Below are positions 8,974 through 21,600 of a stretch of DNA of 64,000 bases, one piece after another. The notes under the pieces are model-generated. The model saw nothing but the letters and a program-made list of their open reading frames with translations. It was not told where the DNA came from and made no database searches. Position 1 is the first letter of the stretch. Each line of letters begins with the position of its first letter. The position numbers were made by a program, and so were the translations under genes. Source of the stretch: a virus; the IMG/VR virus record IMGVR_UViG_3300026519_000239, positions 10,336 through 74,335 of that record; one strand, written 5' to 3'.

Positions 8974-10938
8974 GTGCCTACATTAACGTTCTTTGGGTTA
9001 AGTACATCCTCCCTATATGATCTGGATGCCCTATCCTCTAAAGAGCCATACAAAGACTATCTCATTAGTGGAATAAGCAATCATGCAACTGCTAATGAGA
9101 TAGTTAGAGCATGGGCAATGGCTTCTCCTACAAGTAAGCTAAGACGCTTATGGACTGCACCTCGTGCTTCTGGAAAGGCTGAGTACTCGAATACCTATTT
9201 CGATAATACACCAATAAGTAAGCAAGCTATTCTGGCCAATTATGTGAGACGCGAATACCGTCCAAGTAACCGCTTGCCTGTTACATGGCCTGGAGTACAA
9301 ATTAATAATCTAGACATTGATTCAATAGCCAAGACAATCTCATTTGATTTCACGTTCACTACTGGCATTGCTGGTCAGGGACATGTCGATTTGGATTTTA
9401 ATGATCCATACATCAGATACATCAAAGCACCTGATATAGCTGCAAGGATGCTTCCTACTGAGCTTAGAACTTACAAGATACCTTGGAATACTCCTATCGT
9501 TATCAGGCAGCAAGAAGCTTCTACATATATAGAAACCAAAGACTACATCCAGCAGTTTGAATCTATAACGAAAATCAAAACCAAGCCGTTACATGACGCT
9601 GTTCTGGATCAGCTTGATGCAGGTGTAACTATAGAGACAGCATGGATGATGCCTGTGCTAGAGCTAAACTCACTTAAAGATGACAGGCTATTAACTGCTG
9701 CTGGTATGGCTTTTCTACGTATCATGGAGGAGTTCAGTTCCAATGCAATATTTGTAGATAACTATCCTGTCACTGGGCATGGGCTTACTGATGATCAGAT
9801 TTATGACCTTGATTTTAGAAGAAAGTACAAGTTAGGGGGAGTTACTAATCTTGATACTACGACCGCTGGCACCCAATCTGAGTATGGGTGGCAGTTGTCC
9901 TTTAACAGCATAGGAGCAAGGGAAGTACCAGCAGGAACTGCTACTGGTTTCAAAGTAGTCAGCGATCCAATTACATTCACTGTTCCTGGAACAGCGCTGT
10001 ATTCAGATATATCTGATGAATATAACCCCGGTAAAATTAAGAAGTATGTGAACTCATACATTGAGCTTACATTCAAATGGAATGACAAGACCATTCGTCT
10101 ATGGGCCAAAGACTACGTATTTAGATTTATCTATAGAGATCCAGGAGATACTCAATACAGTATCTATGACACGCAAACTGGTACAGGTGACATCGGATAC
10201 TACGTTCCTTTCCCTGTAGAAGTAGCACAAAGTCTTAACGTATATGATCGTGACATAGCTGTGTATTCATCATGGCATATGATCATGTATGCCACCCAGA
10301 AGGTTAAGGTTAAGTGGTATCAAACCAAGCAATTTTCCAATCTGGTCAAAATTGCTGCTATTGCATCTTTGATTGTTACACTCGGGCAGGACGCTCCTCT
10401 TGTAGCTGCCGTAACTGCTGCTACAGGTGTTACTGGAGCTGCTGCTGTAGCTATCGCATTAAGTATCACTATTATTGCAGGGTACGCTGTAGGAGAACTT
10501 GCTAGGGTCCTTGTAGCCAAGTTCGGTGATATTGGTTACGTACTAGCTGTACTGCTTGCTATTGCGGCTGATAGCTTTTTAGGCACTGGCTCATTAGAAG
10601 GGGTACTGACTGCCGATATCGCTACCGCTGCTACAGCACTATTTAAGACATTTAACCTATACACACAAATAGAGACACAAGAAGTCCTTGAGGCGATGGA
10701 AGAGTTTGAGGAAAAATACGAAGAAAGAATTGAACTCATCAAGGAAGCCAAAGACAAAATGCCTGACATTAATGAATACTTGAGTACCAGTAGATGGAGG
10801 AATTTGGTTTCAAACCAAGACTTTGATACCAGTGCAGAAGAATTCCTGCACAAAACTACATCTATCTTTTCTCTCTTTGATATAGATAGCGCCATGATAC
10901 AGTCGTGGTATGACTTTAATTTAACACTCAAGGTATAA
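8974..10938 (+). CDS. N4 gp53-like structural protein
   Basis: KVKWYQT..F motif followed by hydrophobic helices; synteny. Confidence 0.75.
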   Translation: MPTLTFFGLSTSSLYDLDALSSKEPYKDYLISGISNHATANEIVRAWAMASPTSKLRRLWTAPRASGKAEYSNTYFDNTPISKQAILANYVRREYRPSNRLPVTWPGVQINNLDIDSIAKTISFDFTFTTGIAGQGHVDLDFNDPYIRYIKAPDIAARMLPTELRTYKIPWNTPIVIRQQEASTYIETKDYIQQFESITKIKTKPLHDAVLDQLDAGVTIETAWMMPVLELNSLKDDRLLTAAGMAFLRIMEEFSSNAIFVDNYPVTGHGLTDDQIYDLDFRRKYKLGGVTNLDTTTAGTQSEYGWQLSFNSIGAREVPAGTATGFKVVSDPITFTVPGTALYSDISDEYNPGKIKKYVNSYIELTFKWNDKTIRLWAKDYVFRFIYRDPGDTQYSIYDTQTGTGDIGYYVPFPVEVAQSLNVYDRDIAVYSSWHMIMYATQKVKVKWYQTKQFSNLVKIAAIASLIVTLGQDAPLVAAVTAATGVTGAAAVAIALSITIIAGYAVGELARVLVAKFGDIGYVLAVLLAIAADSFLGTGSLEGVLTADIATAATALFKTFNLYTQIETQEVLEAMEEFEEKYEERIELIKEAKDKMPDINEYLSTSRWRNLVSNQDFDTSAEEFLHKTTSIFSLFDIDSAMIQSWYDFNLTLKV

Positions 10939-10943
10939 GCGTA

Positions 10944-11375
10944 ATGGGCATCTTTAATGGCATTCAAGGAGCGGACATTCTGTCTCCTACCAATCAGCTA
11001 TCTCCTGTATCAGGAGCTGTAGGGGGAATTACTGATCCACAACAATCAGCTCAACTTGCGGCTGCTATTGAGAAACTAGGGACTGCTCAGAACTTCGGAG
11101 CTAACCTATCTACTGCTAAGTTTGGTTTAGGGGCATTAGGGGCTGGTTTTGATATCTACGCTGGATTGAAGAATCTTGGATTAGCTAAAAAACAATTTAA
11201 CTTTAACAGGAGCTTAGCTAATAGAAATCTAGCAAATCAAGCAGCAACTACAAATCTGGCTATTGATAAGTATGGCTACAATAAATTAGCTGGCACTGGT
11301 TTAAATGCTCAAGATTTGGCTAAAGCTGTGGAATCTTATGTTGCCAGAAATAAGGTAGATGGTAGCCCTATCTAA
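10944..11375 (+). CDS. N4 gp52-like ejection protein
   Basis: Gly-rich; LAKKQFNFNR..N..NQ...N motif. Confidence 0.75.
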   Translation: MGIFNGIQGADILSPTNQLSPVSGAVGGITDPQQSAQLAAAIEKLGTAQNFGANLSTAKFGLGALGAGFDIYAGLKNLGLAKKQFNFNRSLANRNLANQAATTNLAIDKYGYNKLAGTGLNAQDLAKAVESYVARNKVDGSPI

Positions 11376-11390
11376 TAGAGGTATTTTCTT

Positions 11391-12356
11391 ATGGGGACGA
11401 TCACATGGAGAACAGTTACATCTGCTAATAACGCAGCCAGTAATGCTCTACAACTAGCAGGCCAGAAGCAGATCAGCGGTGCCTTCGATAAGCTGTCTGG
11501 ATTGGTAGGGCAACGTCAACAAGATGCTGCTGCTATTGATCAAGCCAAGATAACAGGACAGCTACTCAACAGAGATGCAACACAAGAAGAAAGACAAGTA
11601 CTGGCTTCTTTATATGGTTCAGGTGTTACCGATCCAACTGCCCTGAAAAGTGCCCTAGATGCTTTCAAAGTATCCAGAGATGCTCAACGTGCACAAGTAG
11701 CTAAAGCTCGTGAAAATCAAGCTCAGAGAGCATTTGATGCACAGCTAGAGCAGTATAAGCAGGCAGGGCAGAACGCACGTACTAGGATGACTACAGGAGC
11801 CACTCTGGACGCTGCCAATGCTAGGGCACGGGCTGCATTGGAAGCCGCTGGCATCCGTGCTGATGCTGCGAAATACGGTGCAAGGCAAAGTGCGGCTGCA
11901 AGTAAATATGGAGCTGACACAAGAGCTGAGGCACAGTTACTTACTGCGTATTTGAATGGCTTGAATAAGAAAGGAAGCAGTAAAGGAGGCAGTGGAAAAA
12001 CTGCTAAAAAGAAGTACACACAAGAAGATGCTACAAAGCTAATTAAGGATGTGTATGGATTGTCTGGAACCAAGGTTGATCCAGATAAAACAGGTTCTCT
12101 TGTATCTGGTGTAATGGCTGCTCTTAATGGAGGAGCTACAGTAGATCAGGTTGGTTCAGCTATTGGATCTACTATCAATGATCCTTATTGGTTTAACCCC
12201 GCAGGATCTACCACTAACCTTCCATCTGATCCAGTAGCAGGGACTACTGAGTTTCTAAAGCTACTTGATACAGCTACTGCTAATGTAGGCGCATCTGGTG
12301 CTCCACAAGTAGATCCTGCTACAGTAGCTGCTGCACGGGCGTTGTTTAATAAGTAA
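11391..12356 (+). CDS. N4 gp51-like internal virion/ejection protein
   Basis: N-terminal ITWRTV motif, Ala/Gln-rich, upstream of vRNAP. Confidence 0.6.
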   Translation: MGTITWRTVTSANNAASNALQLAGQKQISGAFDKLSGLVGQRQQDAAAIDQAKITGQLLNRDATQEERQVLASLYGSGVTDPTALKSALDAFKVSRDAQRAQVAKARENQAQRAFDAQLEQYKQAGQNARTRMTTGATLDAANARARAALEAAGIRADAAKYGARQSAAASKYGADTRAEAQLLTAYLNGLNKKGSSKGGSGKTAKKKYTQEDATKLIKDVYGLSGTKVDPDKTGSLVSGVMAALNGGATVDQVGSAIGSTINDPYWFNPAGSTTNLPSDPVAGTTEFLKLLDTATANVGASGAPQVDPATVAAARALFNK

Positions 12357-12375
12357 CTATGAGGCAAGTATATAT

Positions 12376-12573
12376 ATGGCTACCAAGAAAGCTACTAAGA
12401 AGACTGATGAATTCACTGCCCTTTGTGAATCTATTCGATCCAAGATCAAGGCACTAGACAGTGATATTACAACTCTGGACTCTCAGTATAAGGGACGTGT
12501 GAGTTACGGTACTACTGCTGCTATGAGTCAGCTCGTAGACCGGCTTGGGTTTTTGGCCCAAGAAGTAAAGTAA
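12376..12573 (+). CDS. small hypothetical protein
   Basis: 65-aa ORF with GAGG RBS, followed by a terminator. Confidence 0.55.
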   Translation: MATKKATKKTDEFTALCESIRSKIKALDSDITTLDSQYKGRVSYGTTAAMSQLVDRLGFLAQEVK

Positions 12574-12602
12574 TCAGCAGCTACACTCATTTACGTTACA
12601 CT

Positions 12603-12626
12603 AGCCCGGACTATCCGGGCTTTTTT
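12603..12626 (+). terminator. intrinsic terminator upstream of vRNAP
   Basis: AGCCCGGA-CTA-TCCGGGCT stem plus T6. Confidence 0.85.
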
Positions 12627-12652
12627 GTGCCTATAACCTTTTGGAGATCGTA

Positions 12653-15600
12653 ATGAGTAAGCTAGACGATCTGTTGTCAGCTCTATCGACTACTGCTGAT
12701 CAGCGAGTAAACGCCGCAATGGATAAGTACACCAACATCTTTGGTGGTCCTTCTCCTGATCAACCAGTTCAAGTCCCAAAACAACAAGAGGCTGAAATTG
12801 CCTCACAGCGAGCGCAAACAACAGTAGAAGCACTGAATCCTCAACAACCTGCCCCTGAAGAAGCACCACTTACTCCTGAACAACGTTTGGCTCAGATCAG
12901 CGGTGTTACGGATATTGATCCAAAGAAGGAGTACATAGAGGTCAAGACACCTGACGGCAAATCCAAACTAGTTGATGCTACCAGTTCAGATGGAGATAAC
13001 ATCACCAGAGCTATCAGGAACACGTATAACAATACAACTGAGCGTGGGTATGCACTGGATACATGGGAAGTTCCTCATGGTGGCAAGAAGCAACAAGAAG
13101 CTTTCTTCAACAGTAACAAGGGACAGAAGCAGCGTGAAGCAGCGGCTCGTATCCTTGGTATTTCTCCTGAGCAGGTTACCGCTGAGCACATCTTCACACT
13201 TGGGCAGAATGCAGCCAAAGAAAGAGCCAGACTCATTGCTGAGCATGGTGGTTTAGTTGGTTCAGTAGAGCTTGGTGATGTACGTAATGATCCAACTACA
13301 GGCAATCGAGTACTGTCTTCTACCAAATTAGCGGATGGTACTGATCTTCGTGACTTATTGAATACGCCTCTACTAAATGCTGATTTCTACAGCAAATATA
13401 ATTCCAGAGGTAGAAGAGATTACGAACTTGGGTCAACTAAGAATCCAGATGGAGGGGCAGTTCTCAGTGACGCTGAAGCTGCTAATCCATCTGCTGTTGG
13501 TTCTTTGGTTCAGATTGGTACCAGTGCTATTGATGCCTTCTTGCGTACTGGTTTAGGTGGCGTAAATGCAGCCGCTAATACTGGTGTACAGATTGCGGCT
13601 GCTTTACAAGGCGAAGGTATTCAAGACCTTACACCAGAAGACAGGCAGATATTTGACAGGATTCGTGACACTGAGAAGAAGGGCAAGACGCTACTCAGTA
13701 AGATCGAAAAAGACCCTGTAGCTTCCAAAATAGATGTCATTGACCAAATGACAAACCAAGCCATTGAAGCTACTGGAGGTACGCCTGAGCAGCCTGTTGA
13801 TAAGCTGGATAAGTACATGCAGGAAGCACTTGCTCCTGAAGAATACGCTATTTGGAAGGGTACAGCTAAGAGACCTGATACTCCTATCCAGAACAATGCT
13901 TTGGACTCTCTCACTAAGAAACCAGAGGGTATTCTAGATACGCTATCTCAATCAGCGGGCTTAGCTGCTGGATTGATATTTGGTTTCGGTACTGTGAAAG
14001 CTGCTGCTAATCCATCTGCTGCTATTCAACAAGCCAGGCAGCAAGTTGAAGGTACTGGTTTAGTAGACAAGACAGATAAGACTAAGTTTCAAAGATACAG
14101 TGAGGTTAAACAGCAACAGGAAACTGCTGCTAAAGCCATTGCTAACCCAGTAGATACAGTACTAGGGACAGAAGGGCGTAACGATCAGCAAGACAGATTT
14201 AGAGTTAACGCCAAGACTGGCAGAGCTGAGTATGTGCCTATGCACAACGCATATGGTGACAAAGCAGCCATGGAGATTCTCGATGCTGGTGCTGAAAGGA
14301 TGGTTAAGGCTGGCGAGAAAGGAGATTACATAGGAGTAGTAAGTGAAGCTGCGTCTACATTATATGACGTAGTAACTAAAGAGAAGACAGCTACAGCCAG
14401 TGCGTTTGCTGATGTTATTGGTTTAGCAGCAGCAACGATGTTTAACAAGAAAGGTGCTGTTGAAGAAGGTACTGGTTTCGTAGGGAAACTTGCTGGATTC
14501 GTAAAGAATCTGCCTAAAGGAGCTAATGGTCCTCAAGCCCTTAATACTGCTTTCAAAGCAGCCAACATCGTTGGTTTACAGCAAGACAAGCTCACTGAAA
14601 TGGAAACCAAATTCACTGAGCTGAATAAAGGTGAAGCTCCTACCCCAGAAGAGTATGAAAAGATCAAAGATCTATCTGTAGTAGCTTCTGCTGTGGATTT
14701 ACTAGGCATTGCTATGTTTACTGGACCAGGCGGTAAGGCAATGTCTGAGATGCTCAGTAAAGCCACTACCAAAAAAGCTGGACAGTTTGCTAGCAAAGTA
14801 CTAGCTGAGATGGCAGGTACAGGTATTAATGGGTTGGATGAGGTAGCTGTAGAAGCCATTACTCAACTCGGTACTAGGCAGCGTCAAGGGGACTTCGATA
14901 AGAAAGCATGGGCAGTATCTTTTCTCCAAGGGGCGCAAGCAAAAGCTCCTGGGGCTGTGCTTGAAGTAGCTACTAAAGGTATTCCATCTATTCCCGGAGA
15001 TGTACTGGACGGCACTGTGAAAGCAGTGAAGATGTACCAGCGTGTCAATGACGTTGCGAAGGGGCACAAGTTCACTATTGATGAAGAAGGGAATGTTCAC
15101 TTCAAAGGGAAGGTGATGCCTGGAATGGTTCCTCCTGATCCAGAGACAGGTAAGTATCCTACTGAGGTTCCTAAGGATGTAGAGAAAGCTATCAAGCAGA
15201 TGATCTACAAAGGGCAGGGAGATGCTGTAGTTAAGCATATTGCCAATACGAGAGCAGTGCTTGAAGGAGAGTTTACTGAAGAAGATCTTCAGAAACGCAT
15301 CATTACTCCTTCTGTAGATATTGTTACAGAAGCCTCCATGGCTGCTGATCAGGCGTTCGTTGATACTGCGGAGGTAGAGTCTCCTGAGACCGGAGAAACC
15401 GTTCCTGCTGAACCTGCGGTGCCTCAAGAGCTTGATGTTACTAATCCAGAGGAAGTTATTGCTGTACTCAAGAACCAAGACATCCCGGTGGTTCAGAGAG
15501 CAGCTATTACACTGGCCGTGCAGTCTCGTATGCAGACTATTTATGGGCAGACTGTAGCTCAGATGCAAGAAGCAATGACTAAAGGAGAACTGGAAGGAGA

Positions 15601-18600
15601 CAAAGCTGAAGCAGCTATTGCTTTATTGGATCAGTATGAAGCTTGGATTGATGTACTGAGTACACAGGTTGATTCTCTGCCTAAGAATGAAAGGGTAGAG
15701 GCAGGCGTTATCTATCAGGAAAAAGGAGATCAATTACTTGCAGATATTATTCGTGGATCAGCACCTGAAGTAACCAAACAGGACACAGCCAAGAGTCCAT
15801 TGGTTCAGTCGTACAAAAAAGTACTGGATTACATCAACACTCGTGATGAGGAAGATAATAAGACTGCTGATGATGTACGAAAAGAGGTACTTCAAGACGG
15901 AGAGAATGCATCAGGTAAGAAAGGACTTATGACTCATATGAAGGCTTTGGCTGTCGCGGGTATCAGTAAGAACCCAGAGGCTTTGGCTTATGCAAGAGCT
16001 GAGGTTAATAGCTTTCTGGCTTCTCAAACTGACAAGCTAAATAAGCTGAAAGAGGCTGTAGATGCATATGAAGAAAGTGGCAATCCTGTACCTGTTTACT
16101 TCAAGAGCAACATAGCCAAGAAAGAACCAAACTTTGTTGTAGATAATCCAGGTAAGGTACGTAACTTTATCAAGGTCATTGAGCAAGAAGTTCAGATGAT
16201 TGGTGAAGTAGCTAAGATGGGAGATGAGCTACACAACAAGTTGAAGAACAATGAACCAATACTTGAGGATGCGTTGGAGAAGCAATTAAAAGAGACAGGT
16301 AAAAAAGTTTCTGATATTGCTAATGCTCCTAAGCAGAATCAGAAGAAGGAAGACAATGTTGCTACCCAGAAAGAAGATAAAGCACCTGTTAATGCTGAAG
16401 TACAGACCACAGATAAGGCTGATACTGCTCCTACTAAGACACAGGTGGATGCTAAGAAAGTTGAGGATAAGCCAAAAGAAAAGCCAGTAGCTAAGAAAGC
16501 CAAGAAGAAGAAAGAGAAGCCAAAGGTAGATGTACTCGGTGACGAGGTTAAAGCTGAGCCTACACCCGAAGAAATCAAAAAAGATACTGAGGATGCTAAA
16601 CAGCAACAAGAAAAAACCAAAGAGCAATGGCTTGAAGATCCTCTTGTAGCTGACATTAAAGCTGCATTTGAAGAAGCTCAGAATCAAGATCCAGAAGATA
16701 ATGCTGATATAGCTGATCTTAAGCCTGTTCTGGATCTCACGAAGACTGAGAAGGTAGCCAAGGAGACTTCCAAGGAAGCAACTCCTATGGTGAAAACAAT
16801 ACAGTCCCATACGAAGAACGTATCTATCCTGATGAAGCAGATAAGTTCTCGTAGGTATATGCCTCCGGGACTGAAGAAGCTGATGGAGTCGGGTAAACAA
16901 CTTACTACTGACTACTTCTTGAAGGGGAGGAAGAATCCTACTGGTTTGTTGGCTCTACCTTCACTGACTGCTATCGGTAATTATCTCAAGGATGTTGGAG
17001 ATACTGGCCTTGAAGCATTCAGGGCAGATTTGCTTGGTGAACTTGGTCCTGCAATGAAGAAGGAGCTATTCAAGCAATTCCAGAATTCAGCTAACTACGT
17101 GATAGGTAGAAAGCTATCTTTGGATAAGTTAGCTACCAGTCCTATTGGTTTGTTTCTAAATGAGAAGAATGAACTGGCTCCTCAGCTACGTAATGCAATG
17201 CTGCACACTGCTGTTGAATGGATTGCTGATAAAAGCGTAGCCAGTGTATTGAAGACTGACAAAGAGGTGTATGCATCTCTTGGATTAGACATCAAATCAG
17301 ACTTCATTACTCCTTCTGTACTGGATGCTCTTAGAGACATGGGAGAGCTGAGATCTAAGTTAGCTGAACAGTTGGGCAATCGTGTACTGGAAGGGCTTGG
17401 TATTGATCTTAACTCCGATGTACCTGATGCTGGATTCAGACAGAGGCTAGTTGGTTCTATTGGATTATCCATGCTGTCTGCTATGGCTAATATCAAGGAT
17501 AAGAAAGGAGAGCCAATCATTCACTTCAACAGAGTTCCCTCTGAGTTGATGGCTGAACTTACTGAGACTGCTTCTGTATCCATGGAAGCCAGTCCTGTGT
17601 ATGTCAGTCTCAATATTCAGAGAGATGAGTATCAACGTCCTGTAATGGATCAATCAGGTAGGGTACGTGTAAACAATCTATTGGCTTACAAGATCAGGAA
17701 GAAGACGAATCAATCTAAAGAAATATACAAGAAGTACATGGAGCTGGCTTTTGGTAAGAAACCAATAACTCGTACTACGAGCTATAAGCCATTCAAAATG
17801 CGTAAGCCAGAGGATATTAAGGATCGTCCTACTCGTAATAATAGCTATGGGCAACTAAGTGAAGCTGAGTTGGATCATGTGAACCAACTGCAACAAGTAG
17901 CTTTCAAAGCCAATCCACTGATCAAGATGATGGATCTTAAAGAAGGAAGGATGGCTATTGCCAAGATGTTCGGGTACGTAGAACCCACTAGAGATGGTGA
18001 TATTCCTTCTTTACCGCTTGATAAGGTGAAAGGTCAGCTAGCCAAGAATGAAGCGATTATCCGTGATCTGGATGCTGTACTGGATAAGCTTTCAGAGCAA
18101 GACCAAACCATAGAAGAACTCACTAAAGCTAGAGATGAGGCTACTGACCCTAAAGACAGGGAACGTTTACAACGTGAGTTAAATCAAGCCAGAAAGAAAG
18201 AAATCTATTTTCCATTCAAGATAAGTACATTTGGTCGTGCGTTGGATAACGCTCAAGATCTAAGTATTCAGAGAAGCAAGATACACAGGAATATCTTCAC
18301 TCCTGCTGAGTCCACTCATACATTCCCGATGAGCGATACCAAATCTATGGAGGCCATTATGAAATCCTTCATAGAGCCTCTTGGTTTGGATCGTGTGCGG
18401 ATGGAGAGTGATCCTACAGGAGAGTTCATGGATAGATTTGCTATCAAGAATGCCGATGGTACATACACTGCATCTGATCCTGTAATAGAGAAGGGAATAC
18501 AGGCTATGCAGGCATTTCTGAGAGATGACTTTTACAAGCCAGAAGACATTACAGCAGCAGTGGATGAGCTTGGTGAAGAAGGACACTCTTGGCTTGCTTT

Positions 18601-21600
18601 AATGGATGTAGCAAATATCCGTACTGCGCTTGAATCAGGCAACCCAGATGCATCGATAACAACTTATAGCTACATCGAAGTAGATGGTATATCAAACGGA
18701 ATTATGTCCATGTTAAGACAGGTGATGTCTGAATTTGATGCCAAAGAAGCAATTAATGATCCAAATAGTTTCAGTGCTGAAGTATTGGATTTTGCGAATG
18801 CAGGCGGTATGTACATTGAAGGAGGTAAGTACCAATCCTACGGAGAGTATCTAGCTGATGGTGGGTATGACGTATACCAGAAGGTGATTATCAAAACTGC
18901 TGATGCTATGGATAGAGCAGTTACAGCCGCTAACAAGATGACTCCCAAGGATGTTACCAATCTACGCATACGTCTTGAGAATGAGCAAGCCAAGTCAGCT
19001 AATAAACGGAACCAGTCGTTGATTGCTGAACTCAAGAGAGAGTTAGCTATTTATGCTGTTAAGGACATCATTCCTGAGTTCGTAGTAGAGGGGACTAATC
19101 AAGTAACCAAGGGCGCAAGGAAAATTGGTAAGTCCTACGTATTGCCTAAGAACTACATGTCAGGAGACAAGGCAGCAAAGGAAGGTGTTGCTAGAGATAT
19201 GTTGGATTCCATGAGAGCTGAGTTGGCTGAATTGGCATCAAAGGTGTCCCCTGTTGCTGTGATTAACAATGATTCGAATGATGCTGATCTTAGAGCATTC
19301 AAGACTGCTGCTAAGCGTATGAATGCATTTCTAAGGCAAGTTAACCCTGAGATACCTGCCTACACGTGGGACACAGCGAGAGAGCCTTTTAGTAAAGAAC
19401 ATGAAGCTCAAGCAATACAAGTCATAGTAGATGGTCTTGGTTCAATACTTGCTGATGGGTATTTTGAAGCAGCGGGTAAGTTTACAGAGACAGGAGGTAA
19501 GTCTCTGAACATTATTGGACAAGCTCAAGCCATTATTGTTAAGCACATTGCTCAGCAACGTATCAATGCTGCGATGGAGAAAAAAGGAGGTGCTGTACTC
19601 AGTGAGGGTGAGCGTCAAAAAATTATGCAGGAGCTTGCTGATGAAGGAATTTATGTAGGAGCCAAGACACCTGATAGTGATGCTGATAGGTCATCATTCA
19701 TTTTGGATGTAGTTGATCGTAAACCAATGGAAGATGCTCAAGGTGGGTACGTACAGAATGACTACTCAGGAGACAGTAGAAGGCCCGGATATACCGTTCC
19801 TGTACGTGAGTTTGGTTTCGTAGATGGAGAGCTTGTAGATACTGGCATCAAGCCAGTGAAGTCAGCTAAAGCCTCTATATACGTTAAGCAACCTAGTTCT
19901 AAGATTGGTTTGAGGATGGCTATTGGTTTGAATATCAACCAAGAGTCAGCTACTAACAGACAGCTTGAAGGTAGCTCATATGATCTATTCGATGCTCAGT
20001 TGAATGATCCAATGAAAGATGCTGAAGCGTCTAAGAAGATCAACAAAGTATGGGAGACTTATCAGCAAGACAACTCCATGATGGAGAATGCTGTTAACCA
20101 GCTTGAGAGACTCATAGAGGCTAGCAAAAAGTTTAATAGCCCTGAACTTACAGGTGAGATCAATAGGTTCCTTGAGGAGCTTAATGATCATCCTGATAGT
20201 CCTATTGTAGGTGATACGCTGGATAAGCTACTAGTTGATGCCAAGAGCATGTCCAATCGTATCAATCAAGCTAGAAGCCAATTCAATCAGGCTGTGAGTG
20301 TATCTGGTCAGTATGACTCTATAGGTAATGCTTATGAAGTCAAAGAATCCAATGTACATGGAAGCTCAGCTAGAAGGATTAATCTGGATACTTTCAAAAA
20401 AGGAGAGTCTGTTCCTGTAACCATGAGCAGTATTTCTATGCTGTGGGCGCAGACAAAGGCAGGGCAGAAGATTGGAGATACCAAGGAAGATGCAGCTTAC
20501 ATGGATGAAATATTCGGTAAGCATATTCTTCCAATGGTTCAGAGAGTACGTGGCCTCACAGTAGCTGTACAAAATAGTAGGTATGAAAGAGGTGGAGCAG
20601 CTAAGGGTAAGAATATTTTCATTAAGAGAAATTCTGCTGTACGTGAGTTAGCTACTGATATGAGTGATGCTGAGATCATGTTGCATGAGTTTACTCACCC
20701 GTTATGGGAAGAGGGATTCAGACAGGATTCATTGTCTTTGGATCAGGTCAGTAAGCTTATGGATGAAGCTATTGCTAGTGAGGAGTTCACTCCTGAAGCA
20801 TTAATGGATAAGAGTCATCCTGATCCAGAAGAAGCCTACAATGCAGCTAAACAGTTGTATGACTACATCACTTCTGATGTACATGAATTTGCTACTTTTG
20901 GTTTAACCAATGCTCGTGTACGAAGAGTGCTTAATCGCATTGAAACCAAGAAGACCAAGGGCAGACCAAAGACACTGTTGAATCTTCTCAGGAGCATATT
21001 TGAGGCTCTACTAGGTAGATGGAAGAGCTATGAGAGTAAGAGTCCTTCTACTATTGGTGTAGAACTTGAGAACATTGCAGGACGTTTCCAACAAGCAGCA
21101 GAAGCATCTAACAAGACTCTGTACAAGAGACTTGAGAATAAAGCATTCAAGGAGGTTAACAAGAAGATTGTAGAGCCAATAGTTGAGTGGCAAAAGAGTG
21201 TTACTGACAGAGCGCCTGATTGGAAGAAGGCTTTGGCTTTACCTGCTGGATTGCTTAGGAGTGAGTACACCACTCAGCTAGGCAAGTTAGGCGATCGGCT
21301 GGTTAAGGAACACCACGGAATATTGGCAGATGCAGCAAGGGAGATGCTTGGTCCTAATAAGGTAACCAGACCATTCCATAGAATGTTGAGTTATGTGAAT
21401 GAGCATGTGGACTCAGCAGCTATTAGAACCACTCAGGCAACCTCTCAAGTCATCACTGAATTGTTTAATAAGAAACTAACTAATAAGCAATGGAAAGCTC
21501 TTACAGATGGGTTACTGAGGACAGATGCGTATGTAGCTGAGCGAGCTATTGGTTTAGATGGATTGAAAGATATTGTATCTAACGATAAGTCAGATGAATA

